Origin: an uncultured archaeon
GTDB taxonomy: Archaea; Asgardarchaeota; Lokiarchaeia; Sigyniarchaeales; SOKP01
Reading direction: 5' to 3'
DNA length: 64,000 nucleotides
Assembly: GCA_964388035.1 (NCBI GenBank)
Contig: CAYLZE010000010.1
Coordinates: forward strand, 1-64,000
The stretch's first letter is position 1, and every line of letters starts with the position of its first letter. Under the pieces are notes generated by a model. That model had not been told where the DNA came from. It made no database searches and saw only the letters and a program-made list of their open reading frames with translations. This document shows positions 31,339-42,156 of the stretch, in pieces. Made by a program: the position numbers and the translations under genes.

Positions 31339-31875
31339 CTATTCTTATATACCCGCTTCTACCTGCTTAAATATATTTAAAAAAACGTTCCATTCATTAA
31401 AAAATTTCTGAAACGCAATTTTAAGATGTGAAAGGAAACGATGGCTCTTCAAGATTGAGTACTTTAATGAGAAAGCAATAGAAAATTCCTAAATTTAATA
31501 TATCGCGCCATTGAAATAAATTTATATCCCATGAAAGAAAATTAATTAGAGCAATATACTCATGAGATCTATCTTTCGATATTAAAATAACTAATTTGTA
31601 ATCCATTTTAAGGCAATAAGTAAACAGGATGTAGTAGTTGTCATGAATCCCTTCTGCAAGCACACGATTTAAAAAAGTGTTTATCCTAAATGTTAAATAT
31701 AACATTTTTTCTTATCTTTAAAAAATATGGATTATGAATGTCAAAATTAATTACATTTATATAACTATATTTAAATGTATACACATAAGAGTAAAAAAGA
31801 AGTTAGCGATTTGAGAAAGAAAATTCTATAGTCAGATTATTACAATAATATTTAAGATCAAACGGAGGAAGTAAA

Positions 31876-33696
31876 ATGTATTCAGAATTGAGTGACGATG
31901 AAAAACAAATGTACTTAGAAGTCCTACAAGAGTCCCCTATCATGCCCTTTTCCAATTTTGTGAGTAGGGGAGATATACCTGACAAAGTTGACATCCAACG
32001 CCCCCGAAGTTATATTGATCGGGAAGTGTATCGTTTAGTCCGTCAAACTCATCGTGATAGATCTTCCAGATTAATTCCAATCTTAGGTTCAGCAGGTTCC
32101 GGAAAGACTCATGCTTACCATTCTTTTAAAGATAAGGAAAGGGAAAATAGAAAAAAGATGGAAGAAACGGAGCAAATAGAAGAGATTGAAGTTAGTGAGT
32201 TGGAACCCGTAGACTGGACCATTGTATATGTCCCAAGTCCTCCTGCAAGTATTAGGGTTTTGCTTCATGTATACACTTGTATCATCGAAGAAGTCGGTCC
32301 CGAAATCTTGGATATGGTCTCAGATAAATTAGTGAAAGAAAAGTGGGGTGGAAAAAAAGGAGGAATTTTTCAAAAACCCAATATCGATGAAGTTATCCAA
32401 AAAGGTATTCGAGAATTCCCTGGAGTTTTTGCAGATTGCGTAAAAGCTTTAGTGACATATCAATTGGATAAAAATAAAAAAGCTCTCGCAGAGAGGTGGC
32501 TGTTAGGTGAAGATTTAGAGCCAGAAGAATTGACTGAACTAGGGATAAGTAGCGTCATTGAAGATGATGATATTTGTCTTGCCATGATAAAAATAATAAC
32601 AGACAACTTGGATCGCGTGTTAATCTTATATTTTGATGAATTAGAATCACCCTATCGGATGCTGGGAGAAGCTGCAGAGAGGAAATTTCTTGAAATTTTA
32701 AAAAGATTATATAATGAGGTTAAAGGATTAGTCATTGTTATAGCGGTTTTAAAAGAAATTTGGCCACGAATTTTAGAAATAGCAGATCCTCCCTTGCGTT
32801 CACGAATGGAACCAGAACAGGAATTAAAACCCTTTTCCTTGAATGATTTAAAAATTTTCTTTTCAAAAACCATGGAAGTGTTTTGGGACGAGAATAATTT
32901 AAATCCTCCCTTATATCCCCTTTTTCCATTAAATGAAAAGTTGATAGAAATCATCTATGAAAAAACCAAGGGAAACCCAAGAAATTCGATTAAATTATGC
33001 CGGAGATTCATAGATAAAATTGTAATGGATGAAATGACCGTAGATGAGTTATTAGAAATAGGTGCGGAGATCGAGGCTACTGCAAAACCTCCCATACTTG
33101 AGGAAGAAGAGATAATAGATTTTTCAAAGCCTAGAAAAGAAATTAGAAAAAAGATAGAAGATATTTTAGCGGAAGAAGAATATTATATCGATGTAAATCC
33201 TCAATCCGTGGCAGGTGCTGCATTAAAGACGATCATAAAGATTGGAGAAGAGAAGAAGAAGGAATTTAAGACTCAGATGGAATTTAAATTTCTTTTAGGT
33301 AAAAGACCCCAAACACTAGCCGCAATGATCGAGGCGGAAGGCAAAAAATGGGGATTAGAAATTCCTTCTATTAAAACCTTCGATCGAAGTGCTGGAGTGG
33401 CGGGTTATTATGCGGCAAAGAGATTAAAAGATGCAATAACTCAAAGTGCCATAGATTCTGCAATTCTCATCGTACCTAAAGATACGGGGGGTGCAAAATA
33501 TGAAATGATCTTGCAAAATAATCCTAACATTCACAGGGTTGAAATTGATAATACTATTGGAGAAGATTTGATCGCAAATGCTCTAAAATATCCTACAAAA
33601 GAAGGATGGGATTTAGCTCGTATAATTTTTGCTGATATAGGAGACTATGTACCCCCTGTGGAAGAATCTGCAACGGAAACTACTTCAAGTGAATAG
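31876..33696 (+). CDS. P-loop AAA+ ATPase with extra C-terminal domain
   Basis: Walker A GSAGSGKT, Walker B ILYFDE, LRSR, GNPR; GGAGG SD upstream. Confidence 0.8.
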   Translation: MYSELSDDEKQMYLEVLQESPIMPFSNFVSRGDIPDKVDIQRPRSYIDREVYRLVRQTHRDRSSRLIPILGSAGSGKTHAYHSFKDKERENRKKMEETEQIEEIEVSELEPVDWTIVYVPSPPASIRVLLHVYTCIIEEVGPEILDMVSDKLVKEKWGGKKGGIFQKPNIDEVIQKGIREFPGVFADCVKALVTYQLDKNKKALAERWLLGEDLEPEELTELGISSVIEDDDICLAMIKIITDNLDRVLILYFDELESPYRMLGEAAERKFLEILKRLYNEVKGLVIVIAVLKEIWPRILEIADPPLRSRMEPEQELKPFSLNDLKIFFSKTMEVFWDENNLNPPLYPLFPLNEKLIEIIYEKTKGNPRNSIKLCRRFIDKIVMDEMTVDELLEIGAEIEATAKPPILEEEEIIDFSKPRKEIRKKIEDILAEEEYYIDVNPQSVAGAALKTIIKIGEEKKKEFKTQMEFKFLLGKRPQTLAAMIEAEGKKWGLEIPSIKTFDRSAGVAGYYAAKRLKDAITQSAIDSAILIVPKDTGGAKYEMILQNNPNIHRVEIDNTIGEDLIANALKYPTKEGWDLARIIFADIGDYVPPVEESATETTSSE

Positions 33697-33777
33697 TATC
33701 TTTACTCAATTAAAATCAATGATTAATATCGTCCTCTAATTTTATTTTCAAAACCATTTATCTAATTCATAGCTAGA

Positions 33778-34512
33778 TCAGGAAAATTCCCGTACGAATA
33801 GGGTCACTCCCCATGCATAGAAAATTAATCCTGTAGTTTTCAAGATCATCGAAAGAAAATAAATTATGATTCGTGTTCCTTGAAAACCAGAAATTTCCAC
33901 CAAGAAAGCTAGTAACGATTCTATCAATATATTGGCACCTATTGCATATACTATGACGCCAACTGCAATGATATAAGCTGGTTTGCGATACTCGGGTGAT
34001 TTATAGCCAATATACAAAAATAATACCGGAATGATGATGGCTGTTACATTTGCTAAGAATAATAAAGAAGAAATGATCTGAAAATCAGAGGGACTTATTA
34101 CGGGATAAACCAATATTATTATTGCAGCTATTCCCATGATATAAGAAGGAACTCCTTTCAATTTGAAATCAATAATTTTACGATCTACCGTGAATACTAC
34201 TATCGTATAGCCAATAACACTGATAAATGCAGCTATCTTCCAATATAGATAATTAGGAAACAAATAATACGTGGTTTCATCAAAAAGTGTGAGATAAAAG
34301 TCGAAATAAAACCAAAATAAACGTGCTATGAAAATACAAATCATTAAAATAAATACACTTGTCGCAAATCCAAAGGAATAACTCCCAGTTTTTTTCTTTC
34401 TCTCACGAATCTTTATACCCAAATAGAGAGCTAAGGAAAATTTGACTGCTAAAAGGAAAATAGTTAAACCAAAAAAAATTTTGTATTCAAGAGAATCGGG
34501 AGTGAGAATCAT
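33778..34512 (-). CDS. 7-TM membrane protein
   Basis: Seven hydrophobic segments; paralog of 34624..35346. Confidence 0.75.
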   Translation of the reverse strand: MILTPDSLEYKIFFGLTIFLLAVKFSLALYLGIKIRERKKKTGSYSFGFATSVFILMICIFIARLFWFYFDFYLTLFDETTYYLFPNYLYWKIAAFISVIGYTIVVFTVDRKIIDFKLKGVPSYIMGIAAIIILVYPVISPSDFQIISSLLFLANVTAIIIPVLFLYIGYKSPEYRKPAYIIAVGVIVYAIGANILIESLLAFLVEISGFQGTRIIIYFLSMILKTTGLIFYAWGVTLFVREFS

Positions 34513-34623
34513 AATTAGTTAAGCAATACCAAACAATAAAAAATTTATGGAGTTTGAATCAGTTTCATTTGAAGATTGAACAAAAAAGTAGAAATTAAGA
34601 ATTTAATTAGTTTTTTATCGAAT

Positions 34624-35346
34624 TTATGAAATAAATTTTACCACACCGACTGAGACCAAAGTTAGACCTGAAATCTTCCCTACGAAAAACAATGCAAATA
34701 TTAAAATTTGAATATCATTCCCATACGCTTTTCTGAGTGGATCTATGACTGATTGTATCACTAAAGCACTTCCAATCGCAAAAAAGATTATTCCAAAAGC
34801 GATCATAAAGGCGTATCGACGGACTCCCGGGGTTTTTATCCCTATATAAAAAAATATGATCGGTAAAATGAAAGCGGCTATCAAGCCTAACCCTCCAATG
34901 GTGGAAAGTACAATGAAATCTTCTGGAGTACTCACCGGATAAAAAGCGATTAATATCATTCCTGCTAACACGATATAGGCGAAAATTCCCTTGAATTTAA
35001 AGTTTAATACTTTTCGATCCATAGTAAATAATATGAAAAAATAACCAAGCATGCTAATATCCATTGCAAATCTCCATAAAATCACGTTTGGTTCAATGTG
35101 AAACGTAGCAGGATTAAATTTCGTGAAATAAAAATCATAAAAGAGGAATAGAAACCGCGAGATAAAGAGACACAACATCATGAGAAACATCCCAAAAATG
35201 AAATCGAGAGAATATTTTCCCGTTATTTGTTTCCTTTCTCTAACCTTACTCAAGAGATAAATTGAGAGAATGCCCTTGTAAATCAGTAAGATAATCGTCA
35301 AAATCAAAAACAAGTTAAATTCGAAAGTCCCTTCAGTTAATGCCAT
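34624..35346 (-). CDS. 7-TM membrane protein
   Basis: Seven hydrophobic segments; shared RLF/RFL..DFY, W, DRK and FKxKG motifs. Confidence 0.75.
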   Translation of the reverse strand: MALTEGTFEFNLFLILTIILLIYKGILSIYLLSKVRERKQITGKYSLDFIFGMFLMMLCLFISRFLFLFYDFYFTKFNPATFHIEPNVILWRFAMDISMLGYFFILFTMDRKVLNFKFKGIFAYIVLAGMILIAFYPVSTPEDFIVLSTIGGLGLIAAFILPIIFFYIGIKTPGVRRYAFMIAFGIIFFAIGSALVIQSVIDPLRKAYGNDIQILIFALFFVGKISGLTLVSVGVVKFIS

Positions 35347-35407
35347 TTTTAAATATCCCCAATTGTTTAATTGTTAAACTAGATCTCTTTTTATACTATT
35401 TAAAGGT

Positions 35408-36331
35408 TTAGATGATCTGATGGGATATTTCTTTTAATTTACTATCTAAATTAATTAATTCCTTTACATGTTTTGATATTCTTTCTAAATTCCGTTTCAT
35501 TTCGGTTAATATCTCGACCTGTTCATTATTTTCTAAAGCATTCGCAATCTGAATAATGGTATCAATTGTGGGGGTAAGAGATTCATACAATTCCAGGGGT
35601 TTAATATCGATATCATCTATTATCTTGTTCATTTCCTTAATTAAACTTTCTCGCTTTTTTAAAAGGTTCGGAATGTTGCCCACACGTTCTGCTTTATTTT
35701 CTAAAAAAAATACAATTTCATTTTCTTGAATAGATCCCGCCAATTTAGCTGCATTCAAATAACTCTTTCTTGCTTTTTTATAAGCCCCTTGATGATAAAA
35801 TGCTTCGGCTTCTTTCACTTCAGTGGAAAGCTTTTCCGGTATTTCCTCACCTAAATCAATCAGTTCCCGTGCCTCTTGAAGTTTTCCCTCATCTAACATT
35901 TTTTTGGTCTTTTCATTTATGGTCTCAATGATAAGCTTTGGTTCCTTTAGTTTATCCATTAAAGTCAAAATGGAACTTAAGATTTCTTTTAACACGTTCT
36001 TCATTTTGACTTTATCTGTTGTAAAATTTTCAATGACTTCATGCTCGCTTTTTTCGAACATGCTCTTTAAGGACACGATATCTTCTTCTTCCTTGAGAAT
36101 GAATCCCAGGAACAAGTTTTTTTTCTCTAAAGTATCGCTGTTAATCTTGCTTGAATAATACTTATTATTTTCATTTTGAGTAGTAGCATCCACGAATTCT
36201 TTTTTAACATGTTTTTCAACAAAAATCTGTAGCATTTCTTTACTGATTTTTTCTTGACCCAAATAATATTCTGCAATTAAATTCGGTCCAAAAGATTTAT
36301 CTATCTCGTAAAGGAAAACTCCAATCGGCAT
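35408..36331 (-). CDS. Longin/uDENN-like N-terminal domain + helical region
   Basis: GVFLYEIDKSFGPNL pattern (D-x3-GP) followed by helical repeats. Confidence 0.5.
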   Translation of the reverse strand: MPIGVFLYEIDKSFGPNLIAEYYLGQEKISKEMLQIFVEKHVKKEFVDATTQNENNKYYSSKINSDTLEKKNLFLGFILKEEEDIVSLKSMFEKSEHEVIENFTTDKVKMKNVLKEILSSILTLMDKLKEPKLIIETINEKTKKMLDEGKLQEARELIDLGEEIPEKLSTEVKEAEAFYHQGAYKKARKSYLNAAKLAGSIQENEIVFFLENKAERVGNIPNLLKKRESLIKEMNKIIDDIDIKPLELYESLTPTIDTIIQIANALENNEQVEILTEMKRNLERISKHVKELINLDSKLKEISHQII

Positions 36332-36630
36332 TTTTTTTCATTCAGTTTTTTAATGAATATTTATTTCAAACCTTAAATAACTGTAATCACGAATTAATTA
36401 TAAAACATTTAGGTTTGAATTAATAATTACATGATAAATAGTATCTACTTCTTTATTATATAAATTAGATCCTAGCGATGATTCGATTATATAAAGATAT
36501 CATGATATCCCGCCATACCTTACAGTATCATGTTAATTGAGGACTTATTATCAAATTAATAAGCAAGGTTTTTTAGTTCTCCTATAATCCCACTTAATCA
36601 ATCAAGTTTAAATTTAAATCATTAATATAG

Positions 36631-37557
36631 ATGGAAAAAATGACTACCATTGAAAATACATATTGTGAAGCATTTGAAGGTCTCTGCGTTCAATTATTAG
36701 TCACGGCAGAAGATAAACCGTTTTTAGAGAGAGCCATTAATTCCTTTACTGCACTTCCCTCAACAGTTTTTGGAGATGCGGAAGGTGGGATTGTAAAATA
36801 CTTAAGTGAAAAGGAAACCATTGATGGACGAATTGGTGCTATAGTTCAATTATGGGTCACGGGTACCGGTAAAAAAGCTAAAGCTAAGTTTTATGAACAA
36901 TTAGGACGCAGGTTGCGACAAGGGATCTTGGTTGTTCCCACCACTGCTGTCTATGATGCTTATCCCTTCGCCACTGACACTAAATTCGATATGATGAATA
37001 ATGTGGGACACTGTGGAGATGGCCATGAATGGATTCTTGAAAAATATAATAGGAAGTTAATTAACGTTCCCATCATGATGGGACATGACTTCCTCATAGA
37101 GAAAGAATTATCCCATGCTCCGGGGGTAATGGGGGGAAATTTATGGCTTTTTTGTGATTCTCTCGAAGCAGGGATAAGAGTAGGACGAAAAGCAGTTAAA
37201 ATTATAGCGCAAATTGAGAATGCTTGTACCACATTCGATGTGTGTTCTGCAGGATCTAAGCCAGAGACAAATTTTCCCGAAATTGGTCCTTCCACTAATC
37301 ATCTTTATTGTCCGACTCTAAAAGGAAAATTACCTCCTGGAGAATTTAAAGTACCTGAAGGAGTTAAATCCATACCGGAAATCGTCTTTAATGCCTTGAC
37401 GATTGATGCAATAAAAGAAACGATGAAAAAAACTATTAAAGGCATAATAGATATGAAAGGATTAATTAAAATTTCAACCGGAAATTATGGGGGAAAACTT
37501 GGCAAGCACCGAATTTATCTGAATGAATTAAAATTAGATCCCGCTTATTTCAAATGA
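36631..37557 (+). CDS. ftr: Formylmethanofuran-tetrahydromethanopterin formyltransferase
   Basis: TYCEAF, DGRIG, PTTAVY, GGN, STNHLYCPTL, GNYGGKLG. Confidence 0.92.
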   Translation: MEKMTTIENTYCEAFEGLCVQLLVTAEDKPFLERAINSFTALPSTVFGDAEGGIVKYLSEKETIDGRIGAIVQLWVTGTGKKAKAKFYEQLGRRLRQGILVVPTTAVYDAYPFATDTKFDMMNNVGHCGDGHEWILEKYNRKLINVPIMMGHDFLIEKELSHAPGVMGGNLWLFCDSLEAGIRVGRKAVKIIAQIENACTTFDVCSAGSKPETNFPEIGPSTNHLYCPTLKGKLPPGEFKVPEGVKSIPEIVFNALTIDAIKETMKKTIKGIIDMKGLIKISTGNYGGKLGKHRIYLNELKLDPAYFK

Positions 37558-37580
37558 TTATTTTCCTTACTCTATTTCGT

Positions 37581-38246
37581 TTAAATTAATTTTTCTTCCT
37601 TGATATTTTCAAATCCTGATAGATATTTGTTATAAATCTTATATTTCTCCGAAAATACTTTATCAATTTCGTCTAAAGGTAAATCTGCGTGAGATCCACG
37701 ATCATTTACGTATTCTCCAAATAAATTTCCCTCGATATCACGAGGTGGAAAAACAGCATCATGTTCACCATCAAATTCCACCATGGGAAGAAATCCCCCT
37801 CTAATAGCGGTGTCTTTATCAAACGATGGAGTCAATTTAATCCATTTATTCCCTAAATAAAATTCACTAAAGCCATGGTAATACATCACATTCGTTCCCA
37901 TGAAATCAATGACTTTCTGAGACACTTTATGGTTGATTAAGTCAACTAAATGAATCCTTGCAGGAATCCCTATTATTCTTGCCAACGAGGATAATAATAT
38001 GGATTTTGAAACACAAAATCCTTCCCCTTTCTTCAAAATTTTACTTGCAATAAAATTGTTCTTAATTTTAGGGACAAATAACCTCATGTTATATTTAATT
38101 TCATCGCGCACGAAATAAAATAGGTTAATTGCTTTACTCTTATTAGATTGACCATTCTCTGTGAGCTCAAACGCTTTCTGACGCAGCTTATTATTTTCTA
38201 TATTAAAAAATGTAGTCGGTTGAAGATAAACTTTAAACTCAGACAT
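37581..38246 (-). CDS. Transglutaminase-like protein
   Basis: FYFVRDEIKY, GFCVSKS, GIPAR, HG..E. Confidence 0.85.
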   Translation of the reverse strand: MSEFKVYLQPTTFFNIENNKLRQKAFELTENGQSNKSKAINLFYFVRDEIKYNMRLFVPKIKNNFIASKILKKGEGFCVSKSILLSSLARIIGIPARIHLVDLINHKVSQKVIDFMGTNVMYYHGFSEFYLGNKWIKLTPSFDKDTAIRGGFLPMVEFDGEHDAVFPPRDIEGNLFGEYVNDRGSHADLPLDEIDKVFSEKYKIYNKYLSGFENIKEEKLI

Positions 38247-38331
38247 TAGAATATAAAATTTTTTATTATTTTATTAGGTTTGGAATAAGTTTTAGATTAA
38301 TAAAAGAAAAGATTGATCGATAAAAAGTTAC

Positions 38332-38511
38332 TTATTCAGAGTCTTCGGAAAAATCATCCGGGTCTTCAGGGGAATCATCATCAGTATCAATAAATTGATC
38401 AAATTCCTCAATATCATGGAAAAGACAACATCCATTAGATATTCTATATTCCTCCATATCATTTCTATCGGAATTATTTCTTCTTTCTCTTATCTTTTCA
38501 ATATCTAACAT
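38332..38511 (-). CDS. Small acidic protein (59 aa), not in the ORF track
   Basis: MLDIEKIRERRNNSDRNDMEEYRISNGCCLFHDIEEFDQFIDTDDDSPEDPDDFSEDSE; co-oriented with neighbours. Confidence 0.5.
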   Translation of the reverse strand: MLDIEKIRERRNNSDRNDMEEYRISNGCCLFHDIEEFDQFIDTDDDSPEDPDDFSEDSE

Positions 38512-38698
38512 TATTTAACTCATCCTTTCTTATTTATGATCTTTTTTCAAAGCTAAAATATAAAATGAAGTATATGAGAGTTATTCTAACAGAATTAAAG
38601 ATTTCGGGAAAAAAACTTGAAACGCTATAAGTGAGGATGGTTTTCTACTTTCAGACCATAAGTGAAAAATAGTTTTTCATCCCTTTATAAGTATCATT

Positions 38699-39334
38699 TC
38701 ATATTTGAAATTTAGAATAAAGATTTTTATAACCTTCAACGAAAATTCTTTTAATCTCCTCGATCGGAACATCAGAGTAATTTCCACGATCTTTAATGTA
38801 TTCTACCAATAAATTACCTTCGGTATCATGTTTAGAGAGCATGGCATCATGTTCCCCATCGAATTCTGCATTCGGCAAATATCCTGCTTTTTCTGCTGTA
38901 GTTTGATCAAAAACCGGGGTCAGTTTAATCCATCTGCCATCTATTAGCAATTCACTGTATCCGTGACAAAGGAAGGCATTCGTGCCCATTAAATCCACGA
39001 CTTTCTTCGAGACTTTATGATTTATAATATCTACCATGTGAATGGAAGCAGGGACATTCACTGCTCGAGCCAAAGTTGACAGTAAAACCGCCTTCGACAT
39101 GCAGAACCCATTTTTCCTTCTCAATGTGGTTGATGCTTTTAGATTTGTTTCATGTTGGGGAATATAGGTATACATGTTATATTTTATCTCATCTCTAACG
39201 AAATAAAATAATGAAATGGCTTTTTCTTTATTAGATTTGCACCCTTCAGTAATTTCCATTGCCTTTTTTTTAACAAGTTTTTTATCAAAATCCAAAAATT
39301 CTGTTGGTCTTAAAAATTCATTTAAATCAGGCAT
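38699..39334 (-). CDS. Transglutaminase-like protein
   Basis: GFCMSKA, CHGYSE. Confidence 0.85.
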   Translation of the reverse strand: MPDLNEFLRPTEFLDFDKKLVKKKAMEITEGCKSNKEKAISLFYFVRDEIKYNMYTYIPQHETNLKASTTLRRKNGFCMSKAVLLSTLARAVNVPASIHMVDIINHKVSKKVVDLMGTNAFLCHGYSELLIDGRWIKLTPVFDQTTAEKAGYLPNAEFDGEHDAMLSKHDTEGNLLVEYIKDRGNYSDVPIEEIKRIFVEGYKNLYSKFQI

Positions 39335-39383
39335 AATTTTATCAAACTGCTTTTAAAAGTTAATTTTTACCTCTATCTATAAG

Positions 39384-40037
39384 TTAATTCTTACTTTTGA
39401 AAGGTTTATTATTGAATCCTTTTTCAATCACGTGCTTGTATAACTCATTGATATCCCTTTCAATTTCTTGATAAGGTAATTCTGTATGAGAGCCTCTATC
39501 TTTGAGATATTCAACGAATTTATCTCCCTTATCATTAAAAGAAGCGAGAATCGCGTCATTCTCGCCATCGAACTCCACGATGGGATAACCTGCCCTTAAA
39601 GATGTCTGCTTGTCAAATGCAGGTGTAACTTTCACCCATTTTCCCTCAAGATATAATTCGCTATATCCATGATGATAGAATATCTTCATCCCTAAATAAT
39701 CAATAACTTTTTGGGGGATTAAATGATTGATGATATCTGCCATGTGAACCCGAGCGGGAATATCTACGGAACGAGCAAACGCACATAGCAAAACCGCTTT
39801 CGATACGCAAAACCCATATCCCCTCCGCAACGTCACGCTTGCTTTAAAATTACTTTTTAGCATGTAATAGGACGCCATGTTATATTTTATCTCATCCCGC
39901 ACCCAATAAAAAAGAGCAATCCCCTTTTCCTTCTCAGTGGAAAGGTATTTCGTAATTTCAAGAGCCGCATTTTTCACATTTTTTTTATTGAAATCTAGGA
40001 ATTCCGTGGTTTGTAAATAAGGATTTAACTTTTCCAT
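39384..40037 (-). CDS. Transglutaminase-like protein
   Basis: GFCVSKA, HHGYSE. Confidence 0.85.
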   Translation of the reverse strand: MEKLNPYLQTTEFLDFNKKNVKNAALEITKYLSTEKEKGIALFYWVRDEIKYNMASYYMLKSNFKASVTLRRGYGFCVSKAVLLCAFARSVDIPARVHMADIINHLIPQKVIDYLGMKIFYHHGYSELYLEGKWVKVTPAFDKQTSLRAGYPIVEFDGENDAILASFNDKGDKFVEYLKDRGSHTELPYQEIERDINELYKHVIEKGFNNKPFKSKN

Positions 40038-40123
40038 GAGGTTATAATAAGAATAATTAAAGGATGAGAATCATGGATTCTTGATAAAGTATTGGCTTAA
40101 GATGGATTAATAACATGTTAAAA

Positions 40124-40504
40124 TTAAAGGGAAATCTGAGGGTTGGCCAATCCTAAGGCTTTATAAATGTTCCGTATTAACTTTTCATTACTAAAGGGTT
40201 TCACCTTAAAAGATAATGCGCCAATTGACTTAGCGTATTTTTTAATACCTTCATCTCCACTCGCGAATATTATTTTTGCTTTTTCATCCCTTTTTAAAAT
40301 TTCTTCCGCTGCTTGCATGCCGCTCATTATGGGCATGCGATGATCCATTATTATCACGTCTGGTCTTTTATTAAACTTTTCAAACATCGAAACCGCTTCT
40401 TCTCCATTAGATGCAATTCCGATTATATTGAATCCTGCAGAAGATAAAATTTTATAGAGCTCCTGCAATGAGATCTCATCTTCTACTATAAAAATTGATG
40501 CCAT
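40124..40504 (-). CDS. Single-domain response regulator (REC)
   Basis: IVEDE, IIMDHRMP, KPF. Confidence 0.92.
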   Translation of the reverse strand: MASIFIVEDEISLQELYKILSSAGFNIIGIASNGEEAVSMFEKFNKRPDVIIMDHRMPIMSGMQAAEEILKRDEKAKIIFASGDEGIKKYAKSIGALSFKVKPFSNEKLIRNIYKALGLANPQISL

Positions 40505-42156
40505 TATACATCCTCCGGCAACAATATGACGAATTTACTTCCTTTTTGGTAATCATCAGGAAATCTATTTTCCACCCATATTTTTCCATTGAACACGTTT
40601 AATATTTTCTTAACTGTTATTAATCCCATTCCCATTCCTTTTGAATACGATTTTTTCGAAATTTCACCTTGAAAGAGTTGCTGTTTCATGGAATCAGGGA
40701 TGCCAATGCCATTATCGCAAAATTCAATTTCTAACCATGAATTATTTGCTTCTTTTCTTTTTTTCATGGTAATGATTATTTCTTTTTGGCTACTTTCATT
40801 GTAAATAATAGCATTTATTAAAATATTCTCGAACACGTCTAGAAGAAATTCGTTTGCTCTTATATTGTCATTTTTTATTTCTTTATTGATCTTGATGAGA
40901 ATATCCTGTTCTGAATAAGTCTTTTTTACATATTTGATAGCATTATTTAAAATAGCAGTAAGATCAATTGTATATAATTTCTGTTGCTGCTCTTCAACTT
41001 TTGATAATTTACGGACATTTGAAACAAGTTTTGCTCCCCGATTGATCTGTTCATCAACAATTTCATAGAGCTCTGTAATTCTGGTATCTGATTTTACATT
41101 CTTACTAAAACTTTTAAGTAACTCCACGGCGGAATTAATGTTCTGAAGAACATTATTAATATCATGCATGAAAATGTCCTTGTATAATTCAGTTCTATCG
41201 TAAGCAATTTGGCATGCCTTCTCAGATTGTTTTAATGATTCCAACATTTTACTATTATGAAGTGAAATGGCAGCGAGTTCTGAAAATGCGGAAGCCAGTT
41301 CAAGATCCTGACTGTTAAACCCTCCCTCTTTATTCGCAAGACCCATGATCCCGAATGTTTTACCCTCCAATTTCAAAGGCGCAAATAACACGTTATTTAA
41401 AATGACATGACCTTTTGGCATGAACTTTTTCCACGTGCTATTCATGAAGTCATTGTCATGCACTGCTTTTCCCTTGCTATATGCCTCCGCCCTTAATCCT
41501 CGAATAGGCATGGGGAGGCTAGGGTCCACCGTGCAAGGTAATCCTCCCGCATCTAAAAAAAGTAATTCATTTTCTGCCCCATCTTCGGATAATAATGCTA
41601 CATATCCCGAAGTTGCTCCGCTCAACTTCTTACAAGAATCAAAAATAGCTCGCGCGGCTTCATTAAAATCTTTATACTGTAAAACTAATTTAGTAGCCAT
41701 TAATAATGAATTTACTTCTCTTTCATGTTTTTCTGACGTTTCAAGAGTTTTTTGTAACTTTTTTAAACTAAGTTGATATTCAATAAGCAATTTCAATCTA
41801 TCGGTAATTTCCTTCAATAGAGAATCTTCTTCCGGAGAAAAAGGACGATTTTCATCATAGAAAACCTCGATCTTCAACTCATCCTGCCCTATATCCGTTT
41901 TAACCATCTTTTTCCAGGGTGTTTCATGATACTTTTCCGTTTTATACGTGTTTTTATCCCATGTTATTCTTAGGGAAATTAATTCTGGATATTGAAATCC
42001 TGATGGAATTACTTGGAGAACGTCTTTAATAAAATCCTCTATGGTTAATTTTCTATTGATTATATCCGTTGTAATCCTATATAAACATTCCAACTTCTTT
42101 ATCTTTGTAGCTTGTTGGTCTTCTATTCCTTCTAATTCATTTTTTGAATTTTCCAT
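40504..42156 (-). CDS. GAF-domain sensor histidine kinase
   Basis: GAF (LFAPL...GLANK), HDINNVLQ, NILINA, DNGIGI, GMGMGL; start placed at MENSK. Confidence 0.9.
   Translation of the reverse strand: MENSKNELEGIEDQQATKIKKLECLYRITTDIINRKLTIEDFIKDVLQVIPSGFQYPELISLRITWDKNTYKTEKYHETPWKKMVKTDIGQDELKIEVFYDENRPFSPEEDSLLKEITDRLKLLIEYQLSLKKLQKTLETSEKHEREVNSLLMATKLVLQYKDFNEAARAIFDSCKKLSGATSGYVALLSEDGAENELLFLDAGGLPCTVDPSLPMPIRGLRAEAYSKGKAVHDNDFMNSTWKKFMPKGHVILNNVLFAPLKLEGKTFGIMGLANKEGGFNSQDLELASAFSELAAISLHNSKMLESLKQSEKACQIAYDRTELYKDIFMHDINNVLQNINSAVELLKSFSKNVKSDTRITELYEIVDEQINRGAKLVSNVRKLSKVEEQQQKLYTIDLTAILNNAIKYVKKTYSEQDILIKINKEIKNDNIRANEFLLDVFENILINAIIYNESSQKEIIITMKKRKEANNSWLEIEFCDNGIGIPDSMKQQLFQGEISKKSYSKGMGMGLITVKKILNVFNGKIWVENRFPDDYQKGSKFVILLPEDV

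Noticed and set aside
31421-31705. 94-aa ORF and many short antisense ORFs in the track
   Set aside because: Low-complexity or shadow ORFs of real genes and tRNAs with no recognisable motifs
36496-36509. Palindrome gatatcatgatatc upstream of ftr
   Set aside because: Single AT-rich occurrence; could be chance
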